Shown piece by piece: positions 15,919-29,012 of a DNA stretch of 64,000 nt; the first letter of the stretch is position 1, and the number at the start of each line of letters is the position of its first letter. This DNA is from Eledone cirrhosa (Eukaryota). The translations under genes and the position numbers were made by a program. The notes under the pieces were generated by a model. It saw nothing but the letters and a program-made list of their open reading frames with translations, had not been told where the DNA came from and ran no database searches. The stretch spans positions 20,956,001 to 21,020,000 of the forward strand of contig OZ024758.1 of NCBI GenBank assembly GCA_964016885.1, read 5' to 3'.

Positions 15919-16228
15919 TCGAAAGTAGGTTTATAAGTATGAATTTTCATTAGATATTCGTAGTTGTCTATGTGGCCTAGTGGGAGGCACTAGAGCCGGT
16001 GGAGATCTTTGCATTGGGTTCGATCCTAGTCAAGAGGTACATGTAATCTTTTTCAGTTTTTATTTTACAACAAATAGAAAAAAAAATGAAAAGGTTTACC
16101 GGGAACCACTCTCCCGACCAGGATCGAACTTCAGACCAGTATCACCACCGTCTAGGATTCTTCCAACTAGGCCACCGAGACTGCTACAAAAGTATAATGA
16201 AAATTGATAATTATAAACCTACTTTCAA
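15919..16228. mobile_element. Same 310-bp element, inverted (copy 2)
   Basis: Near-identical reverse complement of 15288-15597. Confidence 0.75.
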
Positions 16229-16559
16229 CGAATCGCGGCGGTGTTTCCCCCGGTGTGCTCTCATATGAAATATTCATTCCATTCTTACAATAACCACTGT
16301 TATAGGATTTAATGTTACAACGGTAAATGAATGCTACAAGAATCAGCCAGTCGAACTTCCACTCTCATCGCCTCCATTTCTCTGGCCCTCCCCATCTCTC
16401 CGTATGGCGAGCAAATTGGGTCGCACGTGCCGGCCTCCCCCAGCCCCGGTGGACAGAATGAAGAAGACGTTTCCCGGAGGATGGTAAGGGAGATGAGCTC
16501 GCATGAAAGAAAGTATCAGTCTAAGGATCTTCAGACATGTGTACTTTCCACACCCGGCG

Positions 16560-16715
16560 GAGAGATCTCCCATCCACTTGGGTGGGGCTGAAAGATGTCT
16601 TCTTTTGTGATAATGGATATAGTTCTCATTATGTAAAATCGCCTTATTTTGCATCATTTCTCTCCGTTTGGCGGTACGTTTTTCATTGTACTCACTGTTT
16701 GGGTTTTTACAGGTT
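16560..16715 (+). repeat. Old dispersed repeat of unknown class; homologs at ~8715-8845 and ~23225-23385
   Basis: Shared AGATCT..CCACTTG..GAAAATG..TATAG..AAAATC.CC.TATTTTGC.TCATT..TTCATGGTACTC..TTTTTA. Confidence 0.6.
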
Positions 16716-17481
16716 AGCAGGTCTGGATATGTATGCGTGGAATTACTAAAGAAGTGGACGTCATGTTTCAAATAACATTTCTAGCAGTATATATCTTACT
16801 CCAGAATCCATCCTTTTATTCGAGGAGTTTCCGCCGTAAAATACTATCAAAAGCCTGGTTTATTTCGTCTATTCTAAAGATACGTCCCCCCTGTTTGCTT
16901 TCGTTTTTTGTCTAAACCATACAGTATATTTCCCTTACTCGCACTGGTTAAACTTCATGAGGGAGTTCCGTTTCCACTCCTGAAAAATGATCTTATGTGA
17001 TAATTATGTAAAATAACTTCGTAACAATTTCTACATTCATAAAACAGTTGCTGTTTGCTCACCGCGCCAATGTAATGTTGATGCGACCAAGAATAATTCT
17101 TCCCCTAAGCATGGACATTAAGTTTCTGTAATTAATTCTTAATTCGATGAAATTAAATCACTCTTTTTCCGTTTGAGATTGCCTAACACTTATAGATAGA
17201 TTTGTGTTTATATTCGACAAATCAGAAATGTAATTGAGATTTTTTTTTAAAACGTAATACAAAACATCACGTTTTAACATACGTTTTAATAACTTGTGAT
17301 GTTTGTGACCGGAAGAAATAAATTGAGCACATAACGTATCTTCCAGTAGAAATGTAGCATCAATACATGTCTTCGCACACGTTCATGTGAACATATTGCA
17401 CTTAATTGGCAACTGTGTTTGATGTCCGCGTGCATACAAGCACACACACACACACGCACACACACATACACAGACACACGT

Positions 17482-17567
<86 letters not shown>

Positions 17568-17979
17568 ATATATATATATATATATATATCAACGTATATA
17601 TTAATTGTTACCTCTTTTTATTGAAAATGCGATATAGATATTACGACCGAATAACAAAAAGACACGATGGAGTAACTTATATTTTGTTTATGTTTTCGCA
17701 GAATGTCTTTTGAAATGCGGAAATCTAATATCTGTGAGATCGTTCTTTCAAATAAACGAAACATGATCTCTCGCTTGCAAAATATAAGAATTCATGAGGC
17801 TGGATGTATAAAGAAATAAGCCAATGAAATATGAAATATTACTCTGTGAAAGATATCATTACATATACATTTCGATAATATAAAGTAATATATATCAAAA
17901 TATAGACACATACATGTATTGAAAGAAAACACGTCCAAATCGTTGCAATGTCATACTAACATTATTTATAAAAATGAAT

Positions 17980-18170
17980 GAAGGGTGGTGGATTGTCAGT
18001 CTCGGTGGAGTGTCGGACGCTATGCTTTGACGCATAGAGTTACGACCCTTGCCATTCTGAGTTCAAATCCCTCCGATGTTAACTTTGCCTTTCATCCTTA
18101 TGGGGTCGATAAAATAAAGTACCAGTAATGCACTAGTTAATTGCTGGCCTTGTGCCAAAAAGTAGAAAGA
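17980..18170 (+). mobile_element. SINE S1 with TSD
   Basis: TSD ATTATTTATAAAAATGAAT at 17961 and 18171. Confidence 0.9.
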
Positions 18171-19533
18171 ATTATTTATAAAAATGAATAATTTTTTCAA
18201 ACTAAATACATACAGAGCTACTAAGACTATACCTAAAAGTAACTGTTTATCTTATATTAAATAAGAGACGATATGGTTTCATTCGTGGTTTCATCCCTAA
18301 ACCTCTGTCGAAATAAAATTGATTTATGAGATGCATAAAATAATATATTCTAGTCTGGATATAAGTGAATTATTATTGAATTTAAATCGAGGTACTTTGT
18401 GAGTAGTATGTGTCTGCGCATGTGTTTGTTCGTATTATAAATATACTCTCCTGCAATTGTCATCGAAGGTTTGTATGTATATCAGAATAAACGATCATAT
18501 ATGTTGTGTAGAGAATATTACTAAGGAAATTTAAGGATATATATGTTAAGAAAGTTGAGATAGTGTTGGAATATCTCTTCTAAAATGATTTTTTGAATAA
18601 TTTTTATATAGTCTTACTATATTTAAATAGAGATAAGTTTGGTTATTCCATGATCGATACATTTCAGAGACATAAGTAATAATTCTGATAATATATTAAA
18701 CAACATTAAAATACGTATATTTCTCCCATATATATGTATTTCCTAGTAAACCCATGATTCCCTGACACACATATAATATTTTGCTAGCTCCACATATACT
18801 TTCAAGAGAGTATCTACGCAAATAGTCATATACCAAAGGAGTAAATTTAAGGAATACTTATATAAATATAAGGTTTCATTCTATTGACATGGTTTTCAAA
18901 ATGAGGCATGTTTACATAATTTCAAACTCAGATTACATGTATTGTATTCAGCCATGTAGAACGAAATTTTGTTTCATATATAAATAGATATTTATATCAA
19001 TGCCATGGACTTATGGATTTTTATTGGTAATGATCTTTGCAGTTTTTCATGAATATTGCTATTAAACTCTCCTCTGCTCATTGTATGTATTGGTGCATGG
19101 TTTGACTGAACTAATATTAGTTCTGTTCAAGAAATATATTTTCACTATAAGATAGCGAAACAAATGGAAATGTATGTGTTTGTTAATATGATAATTGTTA
19201 TAAATATCCTTAGAAATGCTCTCGTAGAAATGAGAAGCAGTGGAAGTATCAACATTTAACCTTAGGTATTACTCATACATTTTCTTGGTAATTAAATACA
19301 TTCACCAACAAAGATATTTCACCTGTTTATATATATATATGTATGTATATGTATAAGTTGAGTGTACTGGCATACTGTTTACCTGCTATACATATTTAAA
19401 TCAGTATATAATATAATATATGACTTGACAGCTATATATATATAATATATATGGCTATCAAGTCATATATTATATTATATTATATACTGATATATATGTA
19501 TAGAAGGGAAGCCTTATGCTACTCCCGTCAAAT

Positions 19534-19573
<40 letters not shown>

Positions 19574-19574
19574 T

Positions 19575-19606
<32 letters not shown>

Positions 19607-19678
19607 GCGTTTGTGTGTGTCATTGTATATGTGTGCGTGTGTCATGCGTTTGTGAGTGTCATCATATATGTGTGCGTG

Positions 19679-19860
19679 CGGTGGATTGGCAGTATCGGTA
19701 GAGGGTCGGACGCCATGCTTTCCAACATAGTTACGTCCCTTTACGATCTGAGTTCAGATCCCGCTGAGGTTGACTTTGCCTTTCATCCTTACGGGGTCGA
19801 TAAAATAAAGTACCAGTAATGCACTGGGTATTTGCTAGCCTTGTGCCTAAAGTAGAAACA
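19679..19860 (+). mobile_element. SINE S1 with TSD
   Basis: TSD AT(C/T)ATATATGTGTGCGTGCG at 19661 and 19861. Confidence 0.9.
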
Positions 19861-20625
19861 ATTATATATGTGTGCGTGCGTCTGTGTGTGTGTACAAGCG
19901 CACATCTAATCGTAAATATATTGATATGAATATGTGTCGATTTGTCTGTGTAATGGAGAAAGTAAGAGTGTGAGAGAGCAATTTATTGCATGAGAGTGCG
20001 GGTATATATGTGTATATGTGTATGTATATATCTATAGATATAATTCTGCTGCCACATCTATATAGATACTACGGATACTAATTCTCATGTAAGGAGATAA
20101 GAATTATAACATTCTACTTCACTCATGAGACATATTATTGATATTCAAATATGACAAATGAAACAAAGCCATCTTGAAATAGAACTCCTATGTACACAGT
20201 AATGTTAACATCATAACAACGTACATAAATCATTATTAGAGACAAAAGAACCAACAATCTCTTTTTGTTTGCGTTTGTAATTTTTTCCTTAGTATTTCGA
20301 TCGTATTGAGTTATGATTTGTAATCGGCTTTGCTTCATATCGGATGAAGTATTCAAGTTAAAAGAGATTTTCTATTAAGTAACAGATTATACATCGAAGT
20401 AATTACAAAAGATTACCCTTTAACCCTATAATGATATATATTCAAGCCGGTGATGCTTTAACGAATATAAATATAAGTTTCAAGTGGTGTTTATGGAATA
20501 ACATTATAAGTTTCTTCTAGGTTTTCTTTTGACTTCGTCGTAAGTTCGAATTATTGTAGTACTCATTTTAGAAGTAGAGACATCGATAGAAGATACGCGT
20601 ATTTCTTATTATTTCGCCAAGGTTG

Positions 20626-21040
20626 AGAGGTGGATTCGAAGTCTCAGTGGAGCTCCGGACACTATGCTTCGCGGCATAACGTTATGTCCCTTTACGTAAC
20701 GGTAGAGTGTCGGACGGCATGCTTTGCAGCAATCAGTTACGGCCTTTCATGATGTGAGTTCAAATCACGCCGAGCATCCTTACAGGGTCGATTAAATAAA
20801 GTACCAGTAATGTACTGGGGTTGATTTAATCGACTTTCCCCTTCACCCAAATTACTGGCCTTGTGCCGAAATAAGAAATCATTATTTCGCCGAGGTAGGG
20901 CAGTGGATTGGCAGTATCAGTCGAGCGCCGGACACTATACTTCGTGGCATAGAGTTATGTGCCTTTACGTTCTGAGTTCAAATCCCGCCTCGGTTAACTT
21001 TGCTTTTCATCTTACGGAGTCGACTTCCCTCTCCCCCAAC
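20626..21040 (+). mobile_element. Tandem SINE S1 copies (20626-20880, 20898-21040)
   Basis: S1 similarity; TSD ATTATTTCGCC(A/G)AGGT at 20608 and 20881. Confidence 0.8.
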
Positions 21041-22649
21041 ATTGTTCAGTATGATCACGTAATTAGATATATAATGCCATTTGTTCTCGCACTAAGTCTG
21101 TGCATTATGCTGTGTTTAACTACAGCACGCCTCCAACAGTCCGAGATCAGCAGCTGTAAGCCAACCTTTTTAGAACGGAAGAAATATACGGAGCAGGTTG
21201 GATGACTTGCGTGATGTTGTTCTTCGGTGTCTGTATTCATGACGACTATTCACATCGCCAACTATACACCATCTGTGTTTACCACGCTGCCAAACTCTCA
21301 CAACATCCTCGTTGGTGACTACCACCCCCAGTAAAGCTCACCCCCACACCCACCCCCCATAGAGCATGCTTCAAGTCAGTCACTTGATCAATTGATCGTT
21401 TTCCCTCTCTTTCGTTTCTAAATATTGGGAACAGTGTTTCGATTTCGAGTGATACAATTTGCAGCTGATAATTTGACTTTACAATACCCTTCGTAACTAT
21501 ATGATTGTACCAAATGTTTACTGATAGTACAATTTAACGAAATATCTGTTTTTAGAAGGATGTTTTCGCGAAATGATATTTTATTGATTATATTTATATA
21601 TATCCTTTTTTTTCTTTCAATAATTGTAAATATAGAAAAATATGAAATTCATATTAAATTATAATATACATGAAAAATATGTTTTTCCTTAGAAAATTCA
21701 ATTTAAAAAACAGGAAAACGTTATATGGTCAACAAACACAACATTCATATAATTAATTCTGTATAGCACATGTATAATAGCCAGATATTTGTGGTAGGAA
21801 AACCAGACAGAGTTTACATGTGGGTTTGGAAGCAGACAAATATGTATTTATTATACGGTAAAATTATACAATGTGAACGTATTTTCTTAAAATTAGATTC
21901 GGTAAAAAATTATTATCATACTGTAAACAAACCAACAAACACGGGACGTTGTATCTTTTGGTTATCATGTCGTTAAAGATGGAAAAATTAATTATTTGTG
22001 ATCTGTAGCACTTAGCTTATGAAACAGGTTCTGCTAAAAATTTAAAAATTTCACTGAATATTTCTTTTAAATTAAATTTTCTGATATAAATTCATTTTTA
22101 GATTTAAACGTATTTTATATTTAAAACTTCTTCAATAGTTAAAATTATTTTAGAAAATAATATTTTATAAAATTATTCAATGAAAAGGTATTTTGTAAGA
22201 AGCCGTTTCTAAAGAAATTCTTTTCGATAAAAAAAAATCGTCATTCTATTAAATCCGATTACCACGAGGCTCTTGATATTTTGTATTCACAATATGCAAA
22301 AAAACAAAAAAATAAATAATAGTTAATGATACAAACACACAGATAAATAATGTTCAGTGATTACTAGTTGCAGCTAAAATAGCAAGTCAACCAGGTAGTC
22401 TTTTTCGGAATATGTTTAAAGCATTGATAGACGGCAAATCTCTACGTCATTACTAACCATCAATTAAACAACATCATTCTCACTGTCAGTATTATGATTC
22501 TAATCATGAACCTAAGAAGGCAACATCATTTTCATCGTTTTAATTACACTTAGTATAAAACGTTACTCCTAAAGAAACACCTAATACTGGAGCTTAAGCA
22601 GATATCGCTTTTCAATACAACATACGATGTTTATACACATGCTAAAATA

Positions 22650-23021
22650 AGTGTTTCTACATTTGGCACGAGGCCACAAATTACCCCAGTGTATTACTGG
22701 TGCTTTATTTTATCGACCCTGTAAGAATGAAATGCAAAGTTAACGTCGGCAGGATTTGAACACAGAATGGCAAGGGCCATAACTCTATGCGTCAAAGCAT
22801 GGTGACCAACCCTCTATCGATACTGCCAATCCACCTCTCCTTGAGTTTCTACTTTTGGCACAAAGCCAGCGATTAACCCAGTGCATCACTGGCACTTTAT
22901 TTTATCGGCCCCGTAAGGATGAAAGGCATGCATAACCTCAGTGGGATTTGAACACAAAATGGCAAGGGCCGTAACTCTATACTGTAAAGCATGAGGTCTG
23001 ACACTCTACCGATACTGCCAA
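22650..23021 (-). mobile_element. Two tandem SINE S1 copies
   Basis: Reverse-complement S1 at ~22650-22836 and ~22845-23021. Confidence 0.85.
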
Positions 23022-23418
23022 TATTGTACCGGTTTCTCCTGAGAAGGTGGTGATGAAATACTGTCATCGAGTAAATCCACTATAGCTATCATAAAATCCC
23101 ATGCCCTTTACTCTACAAAATACTTCAGCAATGCTGGTTGTTAATACAATGTGAGTAAAAGACTAGTGGTCTAATCAGACATTCGGAAAAGGAATTTCAA
23201 ATAGAAGCCCATTTTCTAGCCTACGAGAAGATCTTCCAACCATTTGGGGTTGGATGAGAGATGTCGTCTCTTATGAAAATGAGTATAGCTTTCATTATGA
23301 AAAATCTCCTTATTTTGCCTCATTCCTCTTAGGCTTGGGACACTTCTTTCATGGTACTCCCACTTTGAATTTTTAGATGTTGGCAGGGAATTGTAGACGT
23401 TCTAACATCTAAAAACCC

Positions 23419-23450
<32 letters not shown>

Positions 23451-23960
23451 CGTTTCTGAATTTGTTTAGCAAGATTCTTTATATGAAAACGTGTGTTGAA
23501 ACCGATATTGTTATGCTTTGGGAGGGTCATGTTGCCAATAAGTAACACACGCACCAGTCGGTTTCACTTCAACTTATTATAAATTAAATTTATAAATTTA
23601 GGAATTTATAAATTTCAGGTGGGTTTGTTGGTTCCACAACCAGACGATTGTTAATATATTGTCAAAGTGCTTTCGTCACACATTCTGTGACCTCTTCAGT
23701 CACTGGGGATTCATTTCTTTGTTTTTGTGCCTCTCCTTTGTTCTGTCCTACGCCATCTTGTTTTTGTTGTGTGCTTAGTTTGCGCATGTGTTACATCTGG
23801 GTGTATGTGTGTGTTTATATTTGTTTATTTATTTGTTTATTTACATGTTACTGGTTGGTTGTTTGTTCTATGTGTGTGCGTGTTTTCATTTTGTCCTTAA
23901 TTGTAAGTTGTGATGTTGCTATCCCATCCATGTTTTCTATTTAATTTTGGTTGGAGTTCA
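23451..23960 (-). mobile_element. PLE pLTR/3' fragment, family E (long-arm version), with hammerhead at 23661-23703
   Basis: Homologous to 61456-61716 and to short pieces at 62172-62210 and 62528-62553; minus strand reads CTGAAGA-GGTCACA..TGTGAC-GAAAGCACTT-TGAC. Confidence 0.7.
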
Positions 23961-23982
23961 TTTATATATATATATATATATA

Positions 23983-24173
23983 CAGATTAGAGCAAACATA
24001 ACGGGCGGTCTATCTCAAAATTATTTTTGAAAAGCATTAGAAATGCGCAACCGGTAAAGACTTAAAACTAAAACTGAATACTAACCAATACTTATTACTA
24101 ATTTTTACTTATTCCTAATTAAACTATTTTTCACTGGGAACAATTTGTCAGTATTTTCTTTTCCTTTTACTAA
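23983..24173 (+). mobile_element. PLE pLTR fragment, family F, with hammerhead-like TTGAAAA..GCAA motif
   Basis: Reverse-complement homolog at 13775-13968; both end at the same point next to (TA)n. Confidence 0.6.
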
Positions 24174-24178
24174 TATAC

Positions 24179-24248
<70 letters not shown>

Positions 24249-24327
24249 CGAAGAAAATGTGGTAAGGAACCAGGTGGACCATAACGCACCAAAGTACTCA
24301 ATACTTGAGGTAGTAGAGTGGGTAATA

Positions 24328-24439
24328 GGAACCAGTAAGACCCCGACAGCTGAGCTCAAGCCGTTTCGACGGCTAATTCTGGACTAAATGAAAATTTATC
24401 CTGGTATTTAAATAGCCGATCTTCTCAAGGGGTAATTCC
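24328..24439 (-). ncRNA. Hammerhead ribozyme (inverted pLTR copy of 27131-27242)
   Basis: Reverse complement of the 27131-27242 motif. Confidence 0.83.
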
Positions 24440-24972
24440 ATATATGGTCAAAGTGATTGTCAAAAATCAGTAGTAATTCTGTGGTTGCAAATTAGTAGGG
24501 GAGATGGTGGCTAAACCTGCCAGTAGGAGAAAGAGGGGAGGGGGTGGAGTAGACCCAATCAAGCGTTGGTAGTGCCAGCTACAGCTGGGCATGAGGTCAA
24601 AGAAGATACAGGGGAGGGGGAGGGGGAGGAAGTCGGAACGGTAGGTAGAACAATGGGGGGTAGAAATAGGAAAGAAAAAATACTGAGCGTGAAGAAAAGC
24701 AAATAAGTGTAAAGAGAAAAGTAAAGTAAATTAAATTCAACGACCTAGGTGTCAGGCTATTGTTAGGCGAGAATAAAATAAATAAAGAAAGAAAGAAGTA
24801 AATAAATAAATAAATAAATAAATAAGGAAATAAGTAAGAGAACTAGGTGGGACGGATAAGGCAAGGACCCTTTTAAGAGGTATAAGTACGTAAATGATAC
24901 GGTGACGGGTCAACAAAAGGGGCCAAAATACTAAAGAGACTACCACGAAATAAACAATAAAGGTTTCCATCC

Positions 24973-26040
24973 CGGAAACAATTAATCAGATTCTTCCGCG
25001 ACTGGGGATTTAAAATAACCCTACAAACGTCCCTGACCCGAGTAAACTTCCTGGACGTAACCCTCGACCTCGAAAACGACCTGTACTACCCATACAGGAA
25101 ACCTAATGAAAATCTGCACTACATCCACCGCCGATCAAACCATCCTAGGAACATCACAAACAACCTGGTCAAAAACATCTCCCTCCGCATATCCCGTTTG
25201 TCAGCTAATGAGCGGATATTCGATGAACATGCGCCTTATTACAATCAGGCCCTCAAGCGGAGTGGTTTCCGGGAGGAAATATCCTACTGTCCAGCTCCCA
25301 TTAGCGGAACCAGCAGGAGACACCGCCGCTCACGCAATGTAACATGGTTCAATCCTCCCCACAACGCAGAGGTGACTACTCCCATCGGGAAACTATTCTT
25401 TAGGCTCATTGAAAAACACTTCCCATTACAACACCGCTACCACAACATAATTAACAAAAATACCATCAAACTCTCTTACAGCACTACACCAAACTTCGCA
25501 CAAAACATCGTCTCCTCTAACAACAAAAAACTCAACCCCGATGGCAGAAATAACCTAATTAGCAGTGGAGAACCGACCAGGAGGTGTAACTGCCCGGATA
25601 GATCTATTTGCCCACTCGACAATAGATGCAGAGACCGTAATGTGATCTACCAGTGCAACGTGAGGACGGATACCTCCAACAAAGCCTATATAGGACTTAC
25701 CGCATGTGACTTCAAGACCCGGCTATACCAACATAGCCATACCTTCCGAAACCCGGCCCGGCGTCACGCCACTACACTTTCGGGCCACATATGGGACCTC
25801 AAGGACAACAACATCACCTATGATCTCACTTGGAGATTACTGTCCAGAGCCAATTCTTACACGGGAGGACGCCGTCCGTGCAATTTATGCTCGGAGGAAA
25901 CTTTACAAATGCTGTTTTCGACGGACCAACTCCTAAACAAGAAAGATGAACTGGTTACTGCATGTAAACATAGATTGCGTAGGACTTACCTCGCCCTCAA
26001 ACCCCATAATGACCCGGGGGGGGGTAGACTAGGGCTATAA
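24973..26040 (+). CDS. PLE polyprotein fragment: RT C-terminus/thumb, Cys-rich linker, GIY-YIG endonuclease (Naiad/Neptune-like); 5'-truncated
   Basis: Frame is open from 24973 (RKQLIRFFRDWGFKITL..VNFLDVTLDL..PYRKPN..YIHRRSNHP) into the listed ORF 25198-26040: WFNPP, IKLSYS, CNC-x5-CPL-x3-C, VIYQ..AYIGLT..FKTRLYQH, CNLCSEE, LLN. No stops. Confidence 0.92.
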   Translation, partial: RKQLIRFFRDWGFKITLQTSLTRVNFLDVTLDLENDLYYPYRKPNENLHYIHRRSNHPRNITNNLVKNISLRISRLSANERIFDEHAPYYNQALKRSGFREEISYCPAPISGTSRRHRRSRNVTWFNPPHNAEVTTPIGKLFFRLIEKHFPLQHRYHNIINKNTIKLSYSTTPNFAQNIVSSNNKKLNPDGRNNLISSGEPTRRCNCPDRSICPLDNRCRDRNVIYQCNVRTDTSNKAYIGLTACDFKTRLYQHSHTFRNPARRHATTLSGHIWDLKDNNITYDLTWRLLSRANSYTGGRRPCNLCSEETLQMLFSTDQLLNKKDELVTACKHRLRRTYLALKPHNDPGGGRLGL

Positions 26041-27130
26041 CACCCCAGTTGCCGATTTTGCAATGGGTAACCCCTGCTTGCCAAGGAAGACGTAAGATCT
26101 TCTTTGTATTCTTTTATCCCTTCCTTTATTTCCTTCCCCCCTCTCTCCTTGTCCTTCTACCCCAGCTCTTCTCCTTTGTCGGCGTCTTTTCTCTCCCACC
26201 CGAGGCTGCCCTTTGGCCCCATGTAGCCTTAGTACCCCCCCCCCCCTCCCCTAGTCTTTGATAGATTTGGCGGACTCCGCCCTTTATAGCAGTTGGCTTA
26301 GACCCCGGATACTTTCCCCCTTTTTCCGACCGCTCCCACTATTCTCTGTGCCCTCTATATTTCTTAGTGGCACTTATGCCTTATTTTGTCGTTTCAGTAT
26401 TTCTTGCTTCGCTTTTCTTCTGGGCGGGGTGGATTCTGAATTTATTTCTCCGTATTCTACCTTTATTTCGTACGAACTTTCATGTAGCTTGTTTTAGATC
26501 TTTTAGAGTTAGCATTAGTATATATTTTTCTCGGGACTCAGAATTATTATCTCGTACAAGTTCACTTTGCTGCACTGGGTCGTTGCTGGCCCTGGATGGA
26601 AACCTTTATTGTTTATTTCGTGGTAGTCTCTTTAGTATTTTGGCCCCTTTTGTTGACCCGTCACCGTATCATTTACGTACTTATACCTCTTAAAAGGGTC
26701 CTTGCCTTATCCGTCCCACCTAGTTCTCTTACTTATTTCCTTATTTATTTATTTATTTATTTATTTACTTCTTTCTTTCTTTCTTTCTTTATTTTATTCT
26801 CGCCTAACAATAGCCTGACACCTAGGTCGTTGAATTTAATTTACTTTACTTTTTTCTTTACACTTATTTGCTTTTCTTCACTCTCAGTATTTTTTCTTTC
26901 CTATTTCTACCCCCCATTGTTCTACCTACCGTTCCGACTTCCTCCCCCTCCCCCTCCCCTGTATCTTCTTTGACCTCATGCCCAGCTGTAGCTGGCACTA
27001 CCAACGCTTGATTGGGTCTACCCCACCCCCTCCCCTCTTTCTCCTACTGGCAGGTTTAGCCACCATCTCCCCTACTAATTTGCAACCACAGAATTACTAC
27101 TGATTTTTGACAATCACTTTGACCATATAT

Positions 27131-27240
27131 GGAATTACCCCTTGAGAAGATCGGCTATTTAAATACCAGGATAAATTTTCATTTAGTCCAGAATTAGCCG
27201 TCGAAACGGCTTGAGCTCAGCTGTCGGGGTCTTACTGGTT

Positions 27241-27242
<2 letters not shown>
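27131..27242 (+). ncRNA. Type I hammerhead ribozyme, U3-A8 core variant, in PLE 3' pLTR
   Basis: Stem I ACCCC(27137-41)/GGGGT(27226-30) plus distal GGAA/TTCC; core TTGAGAA 27142-48; stem II GATCGGCTA/TAGCCGTC; GAAA 27203-06; stem III ACGGCT/AGCTGT; GTC cleavage triplet 27223-25. Confidence 0.85.
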
Positions 27243-27328
<86 letters not shown>

Positions 27329-27966
27329 TGTTTACCTGATGCGAGGTCTGGATTTCCCTGCAAGAAAAAACATATTTACTTCCGTTACTAACTACAACCT
27401 AATTAAATATTTCCAAACAACACCTACCACAACAACAGACTATTTACTGTCTCTGATAAATACGATTTAATTAAACGCAGCTTCTGTACTTTTCAAAAAA
27501 GATGCACACAATCGAAAAGTTTACAGCCTTTGCTTAACTTCTGTTGTTAGTAAGAATAAATCAATAGTGTTGCCACAGCAGTGATTTTTTATGTGGTTAG
27601 AACGTAGGAATTTACTAGCAGAATCTTATATAGATGAAAATCTAGTAGAAATAGCCTCTCCAAATTACAAGTGTTGTTTGCCCAAGAATTTGTTTAATTA
27701 AAGATCAGCTGCGGATGGATGAATTTTTACTGCAAGCAATGTTCAAAACTCATTATTGCCGGGGAAGCTATTGTTCAGATTGTCGGTGTTGTTTTTGTTT
27801 TCTTATATTTAATTATCATGTCATTAATTATTTAATTATATTGTTTCCTTTACGTTAAATGTTATGTTTCGATAGGAATGGTGATCGCGAATTAGTATAA
27901 CATTTATATATGTGTATGAATACGTATATACATGTACACACAGGCAAACACGAACGCACATGCGTA

Positions 27967-28475
<509 letters not shown>

Positions 28476-28760
28476 GAATAAATAGAAAAATATAAGACAA
28501 GACGATTTAGGTCAGATGTCATGGCTTGACAAAGAATGATTGAAGAGTTATTCTTGACGTTTCCACCAATATCTTACTTTGTGAAATATAAGGAGATCAG
28601 GGAGACGAATAATAAAAATCAAGAATTGTGATTTTATGAATGTTAGTGATTGGCTGTGCTCATTGAAAAGAAGAACAACATCTGTTATTCAAAGATTGTG
28701 GCTAGATGGATAAAATATGGTAGAATGTAACACGGTATTGTTCTGTGTGCAACACTTGTT

Positions 28761-28804
<44 letters not shown>

Positions 28805-29012
28805 TTAGACAATTATCAAAGTGGTGTTCAAATCATTTAATAGCTGACAATCGTTTCTTCCAAACTCTCGTTTGGTGTCATCTGAGTATTATCAACGTTT
28901 GTACATATTGAGAAATGACGAGATATTTTATTAACAAAACCTCTAATTAAAACATACTCTATTATATATCTATGGAGAATGGAGGGACATTTATGTACTA
29001 AAGAAATAATAA

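Larger units (their letters stand above)
24247..27244 (+). mobile_element. Penelope-like retroelement (family A), 5'-truncated, with inverted 5' pLTR copy, inserted in (TA)n
   Basis: 24326-24972 is a near-perfect reverse complement of 26594-27244, and the left arm extends 79 nt further (24247-24325). Central ORF encodes RT C-terminus plus GIY-YIG. 1.2-kb pyrimidine-rich 3' UTR. (TA)n on both sides. Confidence 0.93.

Noticed and set aside
21080-21420. GC-richer segment, possible exon or LINE remnant
   Set aside because: No recognisable protein motif or convincing splice-bounded frame.
24752-26973. Duplicate METFIVYFVVV ORFs on opposite strands
   Set aside because: Consequence of the inverted pLTR/3' UTR; pyrimidine-rich, no coding features.
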